Source: an uncultured Gammaproteobacteria bacterium (lineage in GTDB: Bacteria; Patescibacteriota; Patescibacteriia; Patescibacteriales; GWE2-39-37). From it: 46,824 bases of DNA. The notes beneath the pieces are model-generated. The model worked only from the letters and a program-made list of their open reading frames with translations, was not told where the DNA came from and ran no database searches. The translations under genes and the position numbers were made by a program. Shown here piece by piece: positions 1 through 8,428 of this stretch. The stretch lies in NCBI GenBank assembly GCA_964443495.1, contig CAYUCS010000001.1:535496-582319 (forward strand), in the 5' to 3' direction. Each line of letters starts with the position of its first letter. Within the stretch, counting starts at the first letter, position 1.

Positions 1-912
1 GAAATGAAGAAGACTACAATCGAGATCACCAATAAAGAGGAAGAAATCAGGCGAGAGAAGGATCATGTCGGGACGGTCTTGAAATTGTTGTACAAGCGGG
101 ATCGAGCCAATGCCCTGGAAGTCTTGCTGCTCAATGATTCCTTTTCCGAATTCATGAACCAGGTCAAATATCTTGAAGACGTCAATCAAGAGTTGTCAGA
201 TAGCTTGGACGAACTCAAAAAGCTGCATGATGACCTGCAGTCAAAGAAAGCCGCCCTAGAAGAAAAGAGTAAAAAATTGGGCATTCTCAAGAAGGGTCTT
301 GATGACAAGCGCATCTCGCTCGAGAGCGAAAAAGAAGACAAGCGCTTCCTGGTCGATCAGACTGAGCAGTCGGAGCAGCAATTCCAGAAGCTGATCGCTC
401 AGGCGAAGCAGGAGCAGTCAGCCGCCGCCGCCGAAGTCGTCCAGCTCGAGCAGCTTATGCGCGAGAAGCTTTCGAAGAAGCAGCAGCAGAAGCTGGAGCA
501 GAACCCGGCTGGCATGATCTGGCCAGTGCCGAAGAATACGGTCACGACCTATTTTCACGATCCTGATTATCCGTTCAGATACATCTTCGAACATCCTGCG
601 ATCGATGTCCGCGCCAAGCAGGGAACGACCATCCGTGCCGCGGCCTCCGGCTATATCGCCCGGGCCAAGGATGCCGGCATGGGCTATAGCTACATCATGA
701 TCGTCCATGGCAATAACTTGGCCACCGTTTACGGCCATGTTTCCAAAATAATGGTCGAGGAAGACCAATACGTTGTCCAAGGACAGCCGATCGGCCTCTC
801 AGGCGGCATGCCAGGCACGCCAGGAGCCGGCAAATTGACCACTGGTCCGCATCTGCACTTCGAAGTTCGATTGAACGGCATTCCGGTCAACCCATTGGAA
901 TATTTGCCTTAA
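1..912 (+). CDS. M23 family peptidase with long N-terminal coiled coil (EnvC/NlpD-like murein hydrolase or activator), 5'-partial
   Basis: C-terminal M23 motifs HPAIDV, YGHVS and TGPHLHFEVRLNGIPVNPLEYL follow a heptad-rich coiled coil. The frame is open from base 1. Confidence 0.9.
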   Translation, partial: EMKKTTIEITNKEEEIRREKDHVGTVLKLLYKRDRANALEVLLLNDSFSEFMNQVKYLEDVNQELSDSLDELKKLHDDLQSKKAALEEKSKKLGILKKGLDDKRISLESEKEDKRFLVDQTEQSEQQFQKLIAQAKQEQSAAAAEVVQLEQLMREKLSKKQQQKLEQNPAGMIWPVPKNTVTTYFHDPDYPFRYIFEHPAIDVRAKQGTTIRAAASGYIARAKDAGMGYSYIMIVHGNNLATVYGHVSKIMVEEDQYVVQGQPIGLSGGMPGTPGAGKLTTGPHLHFEVRLNGIPVNPLEYLP

Positions 913-965
913 AATAAGCTTAAAACGGGCCGTCATCCAGCCTGTTTTATTGTGGCCTGCCGGCA

Positions 966-994
966 TTGACAAAAACAAGCATAAATGTTAATAT
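966..994 (+). promoter_or_regulatory. sigma70-type promoter for the PEP-CTERM gene
   Basis: TTGACA (966-971), 17-bp spacer, TGt-TAATAT extended -10 (986-994). Confidence 0.6.
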
Positions 995-1112
995 ATTGGC
1001 ATTTGGGAAACCAAAGCAAAATATCGAAAAAGGAGGATGCACTTTAAAATCTTGTTCAGACTTATCCGGAAGCACGACATATACACGCAGTTTACCAAGG
1101 AGGAGGGAAGAG

Positions 1113-1784
1113 ATGAAAAAAATCCTAGCGTCGGCAATCGTGTTGTTCATTTTGTCGGTAGGCAGCGCCTTTGCCCTGCCCATGACGCAAACGTTCGCTC
1201 AACTGTCGGTTGAGCCGTTCAACTTCGTTGAGGGTTTCATACTCAGCGGACAGCAGTTTTCGGCAGCATCGCCGGCAGAAGGCGTCAACTACAACGGAAT
1301 CGGTAATTTCACCAACCCTAACTGGCATGGGGATATGCCGAACAGCAACTACATCCGTGCCTGGGGGCCGAGTGAGAATTTCCTCTTCTGGGACGCTGCC
1401 TTTGACGGCCGAATGTTCAACGGGGTCCCGATGGACGTTGCGGTCTACTGGTTTTTTTATAACACCCCTACCACCGCGGTTCCGCCGCAAGGACAGCTCA
1501 ATCTGTTGACCTTCCAGACCAACTACAACCCCTATGCACCGGAAGGATTAAGGTGGAGCATGGTTTCAAGTATTCACCAGAATGACTTCGGGCCTATCTT
1601 CAACATGTATGATCCTTCAATGGCTGAGTTGACCCCTGACATATTTGCCCCGATTCGCGGCGAATGGACCGTGCCTGTCGATCCGTCGGCACCTGTCCCC
1701 GAACCGAGCACGGTCGTGCTTCTTGCCTCCGGCTTGCTCTCGCTCGCCGTCTTTGCCAAGAGGCGCCAGAAACAGGCCATCTGA
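1113..1784 (+). CDS. Secreted PEP-CTERM sorting-domain protein
   Basis: ATG 1113 follows the SD AAGGAGGAGG (1097-1106). Signal peptide MKKILASAIVLFILSVGSAFA. C-terminus VPEPSTVVLLASGLLSLAVFAKRR is PEP motif + TM helix + basic tail. The ORF-track start at 966 is an upstream TTG. Confidence 0.85.
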   Translation: MKKILASAIVLFILSVGSAFALPMTQTFAQLSVEPFNFVEGFILSGQQFSAASPAEGVNYNGIGNFTNPNWHGDMPNSNYIRAWGPSENFLFWDAAFDGRMFNGVPMDVAVYWFFYNTPTTAVPPQGQLNLLTFQTNYNPYAPEGLRWSMVSSIHQNDFGPIFNMYDPSMAELTPDIFAPIRGEWTVPVDPSAPVPEPSTVVLLASGLLSLAVFAKRRQKQAI

Positions 1785-1808
1785 ACAAGCACGTATTACA
1801 AAACAACA

Positions 1809-1834
1809 AAAGCCCGGCAGCAATGTCGGGCTTT
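1809..1834. terminator. Bidirectional intrinsic terminator between convergent PEP-CTERM and xer genes
   Basis: AAAGCCCGGCA-GCAA-TGTCGGGCTTT hairpin with GNRA loop and A/T-rich flanks. Confidence 0.75.
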
Positions 1835-1856
1835 CTTGCGTCTTAGCAGGGAAGAG

Positions 1857-2822
1857 CTAGTTCTTTAGCCGCTTGCCGGAGTGGAATTTTTGGTGGACAT
1901 CGCGGAGTTGCTTGTTGGTTACATGAGTATAGATTTGGGTGGTGGAGATGTTGGCGTGGCCTAAGAACTCCTGGACAAGCCTCAGGTCGACGCCTTGCGA
2001 TAGCAGGTCGGTCGCATAGGAGTGACGCAAAGTATGCGGGCTGGACATGATCGGTAGTCCGGAAATTTTGATGTATTTCTTGACGATATTTTCTATGGAA
2101 CGGACTGTCAGTCGGCGCGACTCGCTTTTCAGCTGGGCGGTCGTGAAATTGATGAACAGGGCAGGGTCCATATCGGAGCGCTTGGCCAGATATTTCGAAA
2201 GCCACTGCACTGTACGCTCGGAAAAATAAACCGTACGGACCTTACTGCCTTTGCCCGTGATACTGATTTCCAAAAAGGTGTTGCTCCCCGGCTTGATCTT
2301 CAGTTGGTCGCGGTCAAGCCGTGTCAGCTCGGCCACACGCAAGCCGGTTGAAAATAGGGTTTCGAGGATGGCACGGTCACGCAGGCCGCTGACCGAGTCG
2401 GTATCGGGCGCCAGAAGCAATTTTTCGATTTGGTCGATTTTCAGGAAGGTGACTTGCTTGTCAGATTTCTCTTTGGCCAATTTGATTTTGTCAGGCGGCA
2501 GGGAAGTGATGTCCTTTTCGACGAAGTAGGACAAAAGATTGCGCAGGGCGATAAGGTAGTAGTTTTGCGTGCTCTTCTTCAAGTTCGCCCTGCTCTGCTC
2601 GCTTTGATGGCGCGATAGGTGTAGGCGGTATTTCCAGATGTGATCGGCTGTCAGTTGGCTTGGTTTGAGTTCGGCCAGATCGGAATCCTCGAGCCAATCA
2701 AAAAATTTCTTTAAGAATCTGGAATAATTTTTTTGCGACTCGGAAGCCAGACCTTTTTCTATCTCTAGATAGTCCAGGAAGTCATAGAGGTAGTCGATTA
2801 TCGGTTTTTGTGACTTACTCAT
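1857..2822 (-). CDS. XerC/XerD-family site-specific tyrosine recombinase
   Basis: Catalytic set intact: TGLRVAEL (R), GKGSK (K), HTLRH (HxxR), LGHANISTTQIYTH (H, Y). N-terminal SAM-like domain present. ATG 2822 preferred over TTG 2834. Confidence 0.93.
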   Translation of the reverse strand: MSKSQKPIIDYLYDFLDYLEIEKGLASESQKNYSRFLKKFFDWLEDSDLAELKPSQLTADHIWKYRLHLSRHQSEQSRANLKKSTQNYYLIALRNLLSYFVEKDITSLPPDKIKLAKEKSDKQVTFLKIDQIEKLLLAPDTDSVSGLRDRAILETLFSTGLRVAELTRLDRDQLKIKPGSNTFLEISITGKGSKVRTVYFSERTVQWLSKYLAKRSDMDPALFINFTTAQLKSESRRLTVRSIENIVKKYIKISGLPIMSSPHTLRHSYATDLLSQGVDLRLVQEFLGHANISTTQIYTHVTNKQLRDVHQKFHSGKRLKN

Positions 2823-2878
2823 GGGGCGGGGCAATATTTTTTAGCTAAGGTTAGGTATAGTTATACCACCCCTATGCC

Positions 2879-2906
2879 ACTTCGCGTAATGTAGATTAAC
2901 CGAAAT
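2879..2906. other. Candidate dif-like Xer recombination site (11-6-11)
   Basis: ACTTCGCGTAA-TGTAGA-TTAACCGAAAT. Same layout as E. coli dif (GGTGCGCATAA-TGTATA-TTATGTTAAAT). Arms are inverted repeats at 8 of 11 positions. Lies 56 bp upstream of the xer ATG. Confidence 0.7.
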
Positions 2907-3022
2907 GAAGGGTGTATGATATAGCACCACAGTTAGGTTGCTGCGGTGCTGGGTAAATTCATGGACTTGGAATCGAGTTCGCTTCCTAGATCATCGGTGC
3001 GGCCAAAATCCGGTTCCTCGAG

Positions 3023-3169
3023 CTACGAGCTGGTCATTATTACGCCCATGATCTGGATGTGGTCGGTAAACAGCAATAGGAATTTTATCAGTAATACAAA
3101 GAAGCCGATTACGACTAGGCAGAAGATGAATATGCCTAAGGCGAATAGGAATTTGAATGCCGCTTCCAT
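3023..3169 (-). CDS. Small single-TM membrane protein (48 aa)
   Basis: MEAAFKFLFALGIFIFCLVVIGFFVLLIKFLLL... is strongly hydrophobic. The ATG at 3169 has an A-rich upstream region. Confidence 0.55.
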   Translation of the reverse strand: MEAAFKFLFALGIFIFCLVVIGFFVLLIKFLLLFTDHIQIMGVIMTSS

Positions 3170-3283
3170 TTTTTGAAAAATTAGGAGGGAACTACCGCTT
3201 CCCTTCGGGCTTAATAAATCGGCGGGCACTTGCGGCCCTCGCACTTCTCTTCCTTAATTTTAGCACAGGGAAGCCGCAGATTC

Positions 3284-3325
3284 AATAAACAAAAACGAGC
3301 TTTTGAAAGCTCGTTTTTGTTTATT
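3284..3325. terminator. Intrinsic terminator (20-bp perfect inverted repeat)
   Basis: AATAAACAAAAACGAGCTTT-TG-AAAGCTCGTTTTTGTTTATT, 8 bp after the stop of the cytochrome b5 gene. Confidence 0.85.
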
Positions 3326-3333
3326 GGAAGGTC

Positions 3334-4587
3334 TTAGTTGTCTGATTTTTTTTCTACGACCTTCTTCAGCTGCTCATTTTTCTTTTCTTCCCAGTTCTTG
3401 ATTTGTTCAGCCTTCTTTTCGGTTTGCTTCTTCAGCGCTTCCCTTTTCTTCTCGGCCTCTTTTTTCAGGGATTCTTTCTTTTTTTCGACTTCTTTCTTCA
3501 GCGCTTCCCTTTTCTTCTCAGCTTCTTTCTTGAGCTGCTCTTTCTGCTTCTCTAATTTTTTCTTCAGCTCCTCTTGGCGCTTTTCTGCTTGGCGTTGCTT
3601 CTCGGTCTTCCAGTATTTGACGCGCACCTTGATGACCTGCTCATAAGCTTTGCCATCCTTGGTTGAAAATACTAGCTTCGCAGTGGTCACGCTTGAAGTG
3701 GCCTTGTTGAATTCGGTCATTTGCTTGGCTCTGAACGAAGCGATGGCGTCGATCTTCTTGTCGCGGTTCAGGTCGCGCAGCACCAGCTGGACGGCGGAAG
3801 CGCCGGCAAATTTGATGGACTTCATGTCGATCTGCGTAGGATCAAGCGTCGCATCGCCGAAGATGTAGATCTTGACCAGCTCGTTGGAGCGAATGTTGAT
3901 TACTTTGGTAAAATTGTCGATATTCCCCTTGAATTTGATGCGCTTCTTGGGGGTTGAAGTCGCAGTTGAGGTGGCGGTAGAAGTTCCTGCCGGAGTCGGC
4001 TGAGCGGTATTGATGGTCAATCCGGCCGAGCTGGTCGATGTGTTCCCTGCTGCATCAAATGCGGAAACGGAGTAGGTGTAGCTGGTGCTGGCCGCGAGTC
4101 CGGAATCAGCGTACTGCCTTTGCGATGTGGTCGCGATAGTGGAGGTGCCGCGCATGACATTGTATCCGACGACGGCGACGTTATCGGTTGCAGCATTCCA
4201 TGAGAGCAAGGCGCTGCTGGTAGTAACGATGGCACTGAGGCCGGTCGGAGTCGATGGCTTGGTCGTGTCTGCGACAGGAGCGACGGTCAGGTCTCCGAGA
4301 TAAAGGTTTCCTAACGCCGCATTGGCAGAGGCAGATGAACCGTGCTTAGCCGTAAAGGCGGCCGAGCCGTCAGTTCCGCAAAGGCCCGTGATGGCAGCAT
4401 TCCCTCCTGGGTGGGACGAGGATGCGATGTACGAAGTCAGGTTGTAAACCTTGCTGTTTACGATCGTCCAGCAGTCGGCTGCTGTGTTGTGCGTGGCCAC
4501 GTCTTGGGCGGTATAGGTTGCCGCCTGAACGTTGCCCGCGACCAGAAACGCAAGTAATGCGAAACTGGTGAGAGCGGTTTTTTTCAT
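3334..4587 (-). CDS. Secreted multidomain protein: cytochrome b5 heme-binding domain, FN3, Ig-like domain with Dx[DN]xD loop, Lys/Glu-rich coiled-coil tail
   Basis: Signal peptide. b5 signature YTAQDVATHN..DCWTIVNSKVYNLT..HPGG..DGSAAF..KHG. FN3 with LSWNAATDN...YTYSVSAFD. DLNRDKKID loop. Repeated EKKREALKK tail. Confidence 0.85.
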   Translation of the reverse strand: MKKTALTSFALLAFLVAGNVQAATYTAQDVATHNTAADCWTIVNSKVYNLTSYIASSSHPGGNAAITGLCGTDGSAAFTAKHGSSASANAALGNLYLGDLTVAPVADTTKPSTPTGLSAIVTTSSALLSWNAATDNVAVVGYNVMRGTSTIATTSQRQYADSGLAASTSYTYSVSAFDAAGNTSTSSAGLTINTAQPTPAGTSTATSTATSTPKKRIKFKGNIDNFTKVINIRSNELVKIYIFGDATLDPTQIDMKSIKFAGASAVQLVLRDLNRDKKIDAIASFRAKQMTEFNKATSSVTTAKLVFSTKDGKAYEQVIKVRVKYWKTEKQRQAEKRQEELKKKLEKQKEQLKKEAEKKREALKKEVEKKKESLKKEAEKKREALKKQTEKKAEQIKNWEEKKNEQLKKVVEKKSDN

Positions 4588-4652
4588 AGGTCGCTTTATT
4601 ATTAATTATATTAAATATTACAGTAAAACACCCCGGATGTTACGAAAATTAA

Positions 4653-4889
4653 TTAGCTAATATTAGCCAATGAATATAAAAAGGCCCGGACAACCTGAAT
4701 AATCGTGCGGATTATGACCAGAAGTATCATGATTCGCCACAGAAGGGCCCAGGCAACGCCCCAAAGCGAAGGGTCTTGAGCCATGAGCTGGCTTATTTTT
4801 TTAAGTCTCCAGCCGGTTTTATGATTTTGTGGCGGCAGCGTTTCTACCGGACGCTTGGCCTTGCCGCGAACGGCAATCTCCTTGGGCAT
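4653..4889 (-). CDS. Small hypothetical membrane protein
   Basis: 78-aa ORF starting 9 bp after the ftsQ stop, with one hydrophobic stretch (LWGVAWALLWRIMILLVII). Start codon uncertain. Confidence 0.4.
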   Translation of the reverse strand: MPKEIAVRGKAKRPVETLPPQNHKTGWRLKKISQLMAQDPSLWGVAWALLWRIMILLVIIRTIIQVVRAFLYSLANIS

Positions 4890-4898
4890 ACGCGTATG

Positions 4899-5759
4899 TT
4901 ATTGATAAAATAGCTTGTCACCGAAGCGGAGGTCGATATATTTCTTTTGCGCCAGCTCGGTTTTAAGCCCCTGGGTAATTGCCGCTTCGAATTTGCTGAT
5001 TTGCCGGTCAAGGTCTTCGCGCGAGTTGAAGATTATTTTAGGTCCGGCAGTCACCCCCATGAAGCCGGTGGCGTAGTCGTTGCTGATTTCGAATCCTCTG
5101 ATTCCGAGACGATCCGGTTTTTTTGCCAGCTTGGAGTTCGTGTCCAGGACAGCCGTGAGGCAGGTTTGGCCCTCGATCAGCTTGCCTTCGCTTATTTTCG
5201 GCTGGCCGGCATTATTGATAAGAGGCAGCTTCTTTTCGGCAATTTCCTGGTCAGTCGTTTCTATCGCCGTGTAGTCGTCGCGGCTGATCAAATATTTCTT
5301 GCCGTTTTCCTGCCAAGCGGCATGGTAAGGCTTTTCTTCAAGTTTGACAGACAGGCTGTGCGGCCATTTCTTTTCTATCGATAAGCCGCCCAGGACGTAG
5401 CGTTCACGCAAGACGCTCTCGAGCTTACGCGCGTCCGTAAAGATAAGATTGCGCTGCGGTATTACCAGCATGCGGTTGCCGTTTATTTGGTTCCAAATCA
5501 CGGTTTCGATCTCTTGGCGGCTGATTTTTGGCGGAACGGTGACTGATAGATTGACGATGTCAAACCATGGACTGTAGCAAACGGCCCAGACAGAGCCGCA
5601 AATCGCAGCCACGACAACCATGGCTACGCCGAAAGCTTTGAGAATCAGCCACTTGTCCTGCGGCTGGTGCTTCGCTTGGTTGTGTTTTTGGGAAAAAAAA
5701 GGATTCCGGTATTGTTTCCGGCTGTAGTCGATTTTTTTTGGTCGCTTTTCCCTCCTCAT
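4899..5759 (-). CDS. ftsQ: Cell division protein FtsQ/DivIB-like
   Basis: Basic N-terminus, single TM, POTRA-like region ending IEKKWPHSLSVKLEE, and C-terminal YIDLRFGDKLFYQ. Confidence 0.8.
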   Translation of the reverse strand: MRREKRPKKIDYSRKQYRNPFFSQKHNQAKHQPQDKWLILKAFGVAMVVVAAICGSVWAVCYSPWFDIVNLSVTVPPKISRQEIETVIWNQINGNRMLVIPQRNLIFTDARKLESVLRERYVLGGLSIEKKWPHSLSVKLEEKPYHAAWQENGKKYLISRDDYTAIETTDQEIAEKKLPLINNAGQPKISEGKLIEGQTCLTAVLDTNSKLAKKPDRLGIRGFEISNDYATGFMGVTAGPKIIFNSREDLDRQISKFEAAITQGLKTELAQKKYIDLRFGDKLFYQ

Positions 5760-5771
5760 TGGCGTAAGCGG

Positions 5772-7049
5772 TTAGGCTTTAGGCGTGATGGCCTTGATGC
5801 GGCCGGGCAGATATTTTTGCAAGACTTTAGGAATAACGATGGAGCCGTCGGCTTGCTGGTAGTTTTCCATGATGGCGATCATGGCCCGGGTGATGGCGAT
5901 AGCGGTGCCGTTTAACATGTGGACGAATTGGCGGTTGCCGCTCGCGTCTTTGTATTTGATGTTGAGTCCTCGGGATTGGTAGTCGGTACAATTGGATGTA
6001 GAGGTGATTTCGGCCCAGTCGCCGTTGACACCGGCCTGATTCGGCTTGCCTGGCATCCAAGCTTCAAGGTCATAAGTGCGGTAGGACGGCCCGCCAAGAT
6101 CGGCCGTGCAATGATCGACTACGCGGAACGGGATGTCGAGACCCTTGAAGATTTTTTCTTCGATTTTCAACAGCTCCTGATGGGTCTTTTCGCTCTGCTC
6201 GGGCGTGGTATAGACGAACATCTCTATCTTAGTGAATTGGTGCACGCGGAAGACGCCCTTGGAGAATTTGGAGTAGCTCCCTGCTTCGGTGCGGAAGCAG
6301 TGCGAGATCGCGACATATTTCTTAGGCAGCTCGGCTGCTTCGAAGACCTCGTCCTTATGGTAGCCGCCCATGGTGATTTCGGCGGTGCCGATCAAGCTGA
6401 GGTCGGTGTTTTCAATATTGTAAATCTGGGTGGATTCGCCTCGCGGATTGAAGCCTAGTCCCTCAAGCACTTCGCGCTTGGCCAGGTCGGGCGTGATTAC
6501 CGGGGTGAAGCCGTTTTTGGTGAGAATCTGCAGGGCGTACTGGATCAAGGCGAATTCAAGCAAGGCTAATTCATTTTTCAGATAGTAGAACTTCGCTCCG
6601 GTCACCTTGGTGGCGCGATCGAAATCGATCAAGTCGAGCTTGGCAGCCAATTCGACGTGGTCCTTGGGTTCGAAGCTGAACGAGGTCGGCTGCTTGAAAA
6701 TCGAGACCACTGGGTTGTCGTTCTCATTACTGCTGACTACGACTTTCGGATGGCTCAGGTTGGGAATCCTCAGAAGAAGTTCGCGCTGCTTGGCCTCGAG
6801 TTCGGCCAAGGCTTTTTCCAGGCCGGCGATTTCTTCGCCGACCGCCTTCATCTGCAGGATGATATCCTGGGTCGGTTTGGCTTTGGAGACCTTGTTGCGC
6901 TCGGCGCGCAGCTCGTCGATCTTAGCTTCGGTGGCGCGTCGTTCCTTGTCGATGCCCAAAAGCGCATCGACATCGACATCGACCAGCCTGTTCTTGGTAT
7001 TGGTCTTGACCAGCTCCGCGTTTTCGCGGATGAATTTGATATCTAACAT
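5772..7049 (-). CDS. serS: Seryl-tRNA synthetase
   Basis: MLDIKFIREN start, coiled-coil arm, LIGTAEIT, CFRTEAG..GVFRVHQFTKIEMF, EITSTSNCTDYQSR, HMLNGTAIA. Confidence 0.98.
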   Translation of the reverse strand: MLDIKFIRENAELVKTNTKNRLVDVDVDALLGIDKERRATEAKIDELRAERNKVSKAKPTQDIILQMKAVGEEIAGLEKALAELEAKQRELLLRIPNLSHPKVVVSSNENDNPVVSIFKQPTSFSFEPKDHVELAAKLDLIDFDRATKVTGAKFYYLKNELALLEFALIQYALQILTKNGFTPVITPDLAKREVLEGLGFNPRGESTQIYNIENTDLSLIGTAEITMGGYHKDEVFEAAELPKKYVAISHCFRTEAGSYSKFSKGVFRVHQFTKIEMFVYTTPEQSEKTHQELLKIEEKIFKGLDIPFRVVDHCTADLGGPSYRTYDLEAWMPGKPNQAGVNGDWAEITSTSNCTDYQSRGLNIKYKDASGNRQFVHMLNGTAIAITRAMIAIMENYQQADGSIVIPKVLQKYLPGRIKAITPKA

Positions 7050-7058
7050 CTTTATTAT

Positions 7059-7511
7059 TTAAAAGCTTAATTGCGTGATATTTCCGAGCTCGCCGTCAAG
7101 CACGATCGGCTTCATCCCCAGAAGCTCCTCTTTGTATGATATTTCCGGCAGCTGGTGAAGGAGCAATATCGGCTTATCGAGATGGAGCGCCAACCCCATT
7201 TCCATCAAGGTGTTGGCCCCGACATAACCGGGGATGCCGTTCTTTTCGTGATTCAGGACCAGGATGGCATCCGACCAAGCTACTTTGTCGAAATGCGTCT
7301 TCATCGCCCACTTCTTGCGTTCCCAGACCCAGTCGGCAGGCAGCTCGCTCTTGCGCAAGGCGTAGTAGTCTTGGACCGAGATGATGTTGCCCTGGTCGTC
7401 ATGGAGCTTTGATGGCGGCAGGTCGACTTCATGGCCGAGCGCCTCCAGTGCCGCCTTGGCTCGTTCCATTTCTTCGAAAAAAGCGATGCTGCCGCAGATG
7501 GTGATTTTCAT
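7059..7511 (-). CDS. Hypothetical protein with Rossmann-like fold (nucleoside 2-deoxyribosyltransferase-like)
   Basis: MKITICGS start, HFDKVAWSDAILVLN..GYVGANTLMEMGLA..KPILLL resembles NDT-like proteins. Function not established. Confidence 0.6.
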   Translation of the reverse strand: MKITICGSIAFFEEMERAKAALEALGHEVDLPPSKLHDDQGNIISVQDYYALRKSELPADWVWERKKWAMKTHFDKVAWSDAILVLNHEKNGIPGYVGANTLMEMGLALHLDKPILLLHQLPEISYKEELLGMKPIVLDGELGNITQLSF

Positions 7512-7512
7512 A

Positions 7513-7635
7513 TCAGTCCCAGAAGATGATTTCCTTAGTTACGATTATCATGAAGCCGGAAACAATAAACATCGCCAGGTATCCGCCGATAGCTGAAAGG
7601 GATGGCAGGTCTATGATTTGCAGTAATATTTCCAT
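7513..7635 (-). CDS. Small membrane protein (40 aa), absent from ORF track
   Basis: Hand translation MEILLQIIDLPSLSAIGGYLAMFIVSGFMIIVTKEIIFWD*. The stop lies 1 bp before the next ATG, consistent with translational coupling. Confidence 0.6.
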   Translation of the reverse strand: MEILLQIIDLPSLSAIGGYLAMFIVSGFMIIVTKEIIFWD

Positions 7636-7851
7636 TTTAATCACAAAAATTTTCAAGCAGGACATGCCCGCTTGAGAGAGGGTGCTTAATCGGCAATAAA
7701 TAGGTTAGTCTTAATATTTTAGGCTATTTTAGGCCCAAAGTCAAAGAATTTTTACAGAAGGCCTGAGGCTTTTTGCGCGGTGGGGCGCCCGAATTGCCTG
7801 GCTGTAAAACGGTAAAAAATATAGCTTTTCACTGTGGCGATTATGTGAAAA

Positions 7852-7879
7852 AAATGACCCGGATAGTTCCGGGTCATTT
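7852..7879 (-). terminator. Intrinsic terminator after greA
   Basis: AAATGACCCGGA-TAGT-TCCGGGTCATTT 12-bp inverted repeat, with a U tract on the minus strand. Confidence 0.8.
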
Positions 7880-7897
7880 ATATCGCCTTATATCAGG

Positions 7898-8356
7898 TTA
7901 TTTGATTTCAACGATTTCGTACTTGGCCTCGCCCTTGGGCGTCTTGACCATAACGGCTTCGCCTGGGCGCTTGCGCAATAGGGCGCGGCCAAGAGGCGAT
8001 TCATTCGAGATTTTGCCTTCCAGGGGATCGGCTTCGTTAAAGCTGACAATGGTGTATTCCTTGGTCTTGCCGTCGATTTTCGCGATGACTACGGAGCCGA
8101 GGCTGACCTCTTCTCTGCTCTCATGGCTGTCCATGACGGTCACATTCTTCAGTGTGGCATCAAGTTCAGCGATTCGTCCCTCGTTGAAGGCCTGGGCTTC
8201 CTTGGCGTCAGCGTACTCGGCGTTTTCACTCAGGTCGCCCATGTCTTTGGCGGTCTGGATGCGGCGGGCGATTTCCGGGCGCTTGATCTTGATCAGGGTT
8301 TCGAGTTCGTTTTTCAGTTTGTCATACCCTTCTTGAGAGATGATTTGTTCGTTCAT
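7898..8356 (-). CDS. greA: Transcription elongation factor GreA
   Basis: GDLSENAEYADAK, and DPLEGKISNESPLGRALL..G..VMVKTPKG. Confidence 0.97.
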   Translation of the reverse strand: MNEQIISQEGYDKLKNELETLIKIKRPEIARRIQTAKDMGDLSENAEYADAKEAQAFNEGRIAELDATLKNVTVMDSHESREEVSLGSVVIAKIDGKTKEYTIVSFNEADPLEGKISNESPLGRALLRKRPGEAVMVKTPKGEAKYEIVEIK

Positions 8357-8428
8357 AGAGTAGCCTTTCTTTTAATTTTATAAATCATAATATACCTCAT
8401 TACCCGCCATTAAGCAAGCGCAATGAAT

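Noticed and set aside
966-1112. ORF-track N-terminal extensions (PEP-CTERM from 966, rplM from 18926, rpsK from 21379, GT4 from 43945, permease from 13842)
   Set aside because: They overlap promoters or upstream genes. Downstream ATGs give the expected family N-termini.
1857-2822. Tyrosine recombinase as a prophage or island integrase
   Set aside because: Its size and motifs match XerC/D, there are no phage genes or adjacent tRNA, and no att direct repeats were seen.
3380-3600. CT-rich tandem-like DNA repeats
   Set aside because: Explained by the Lys/Glu coiled-coil repeats of the cytochrome b5 fusion protein.
4885-4896. Short palindromes such as CATACGCGTATG (4885-4896) and GCTAATATTAGC (near 4647-4658)
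   Set aside because: Single 12-bp occurrences are expected by chance at this length, and they do not share the hairpin-family core.
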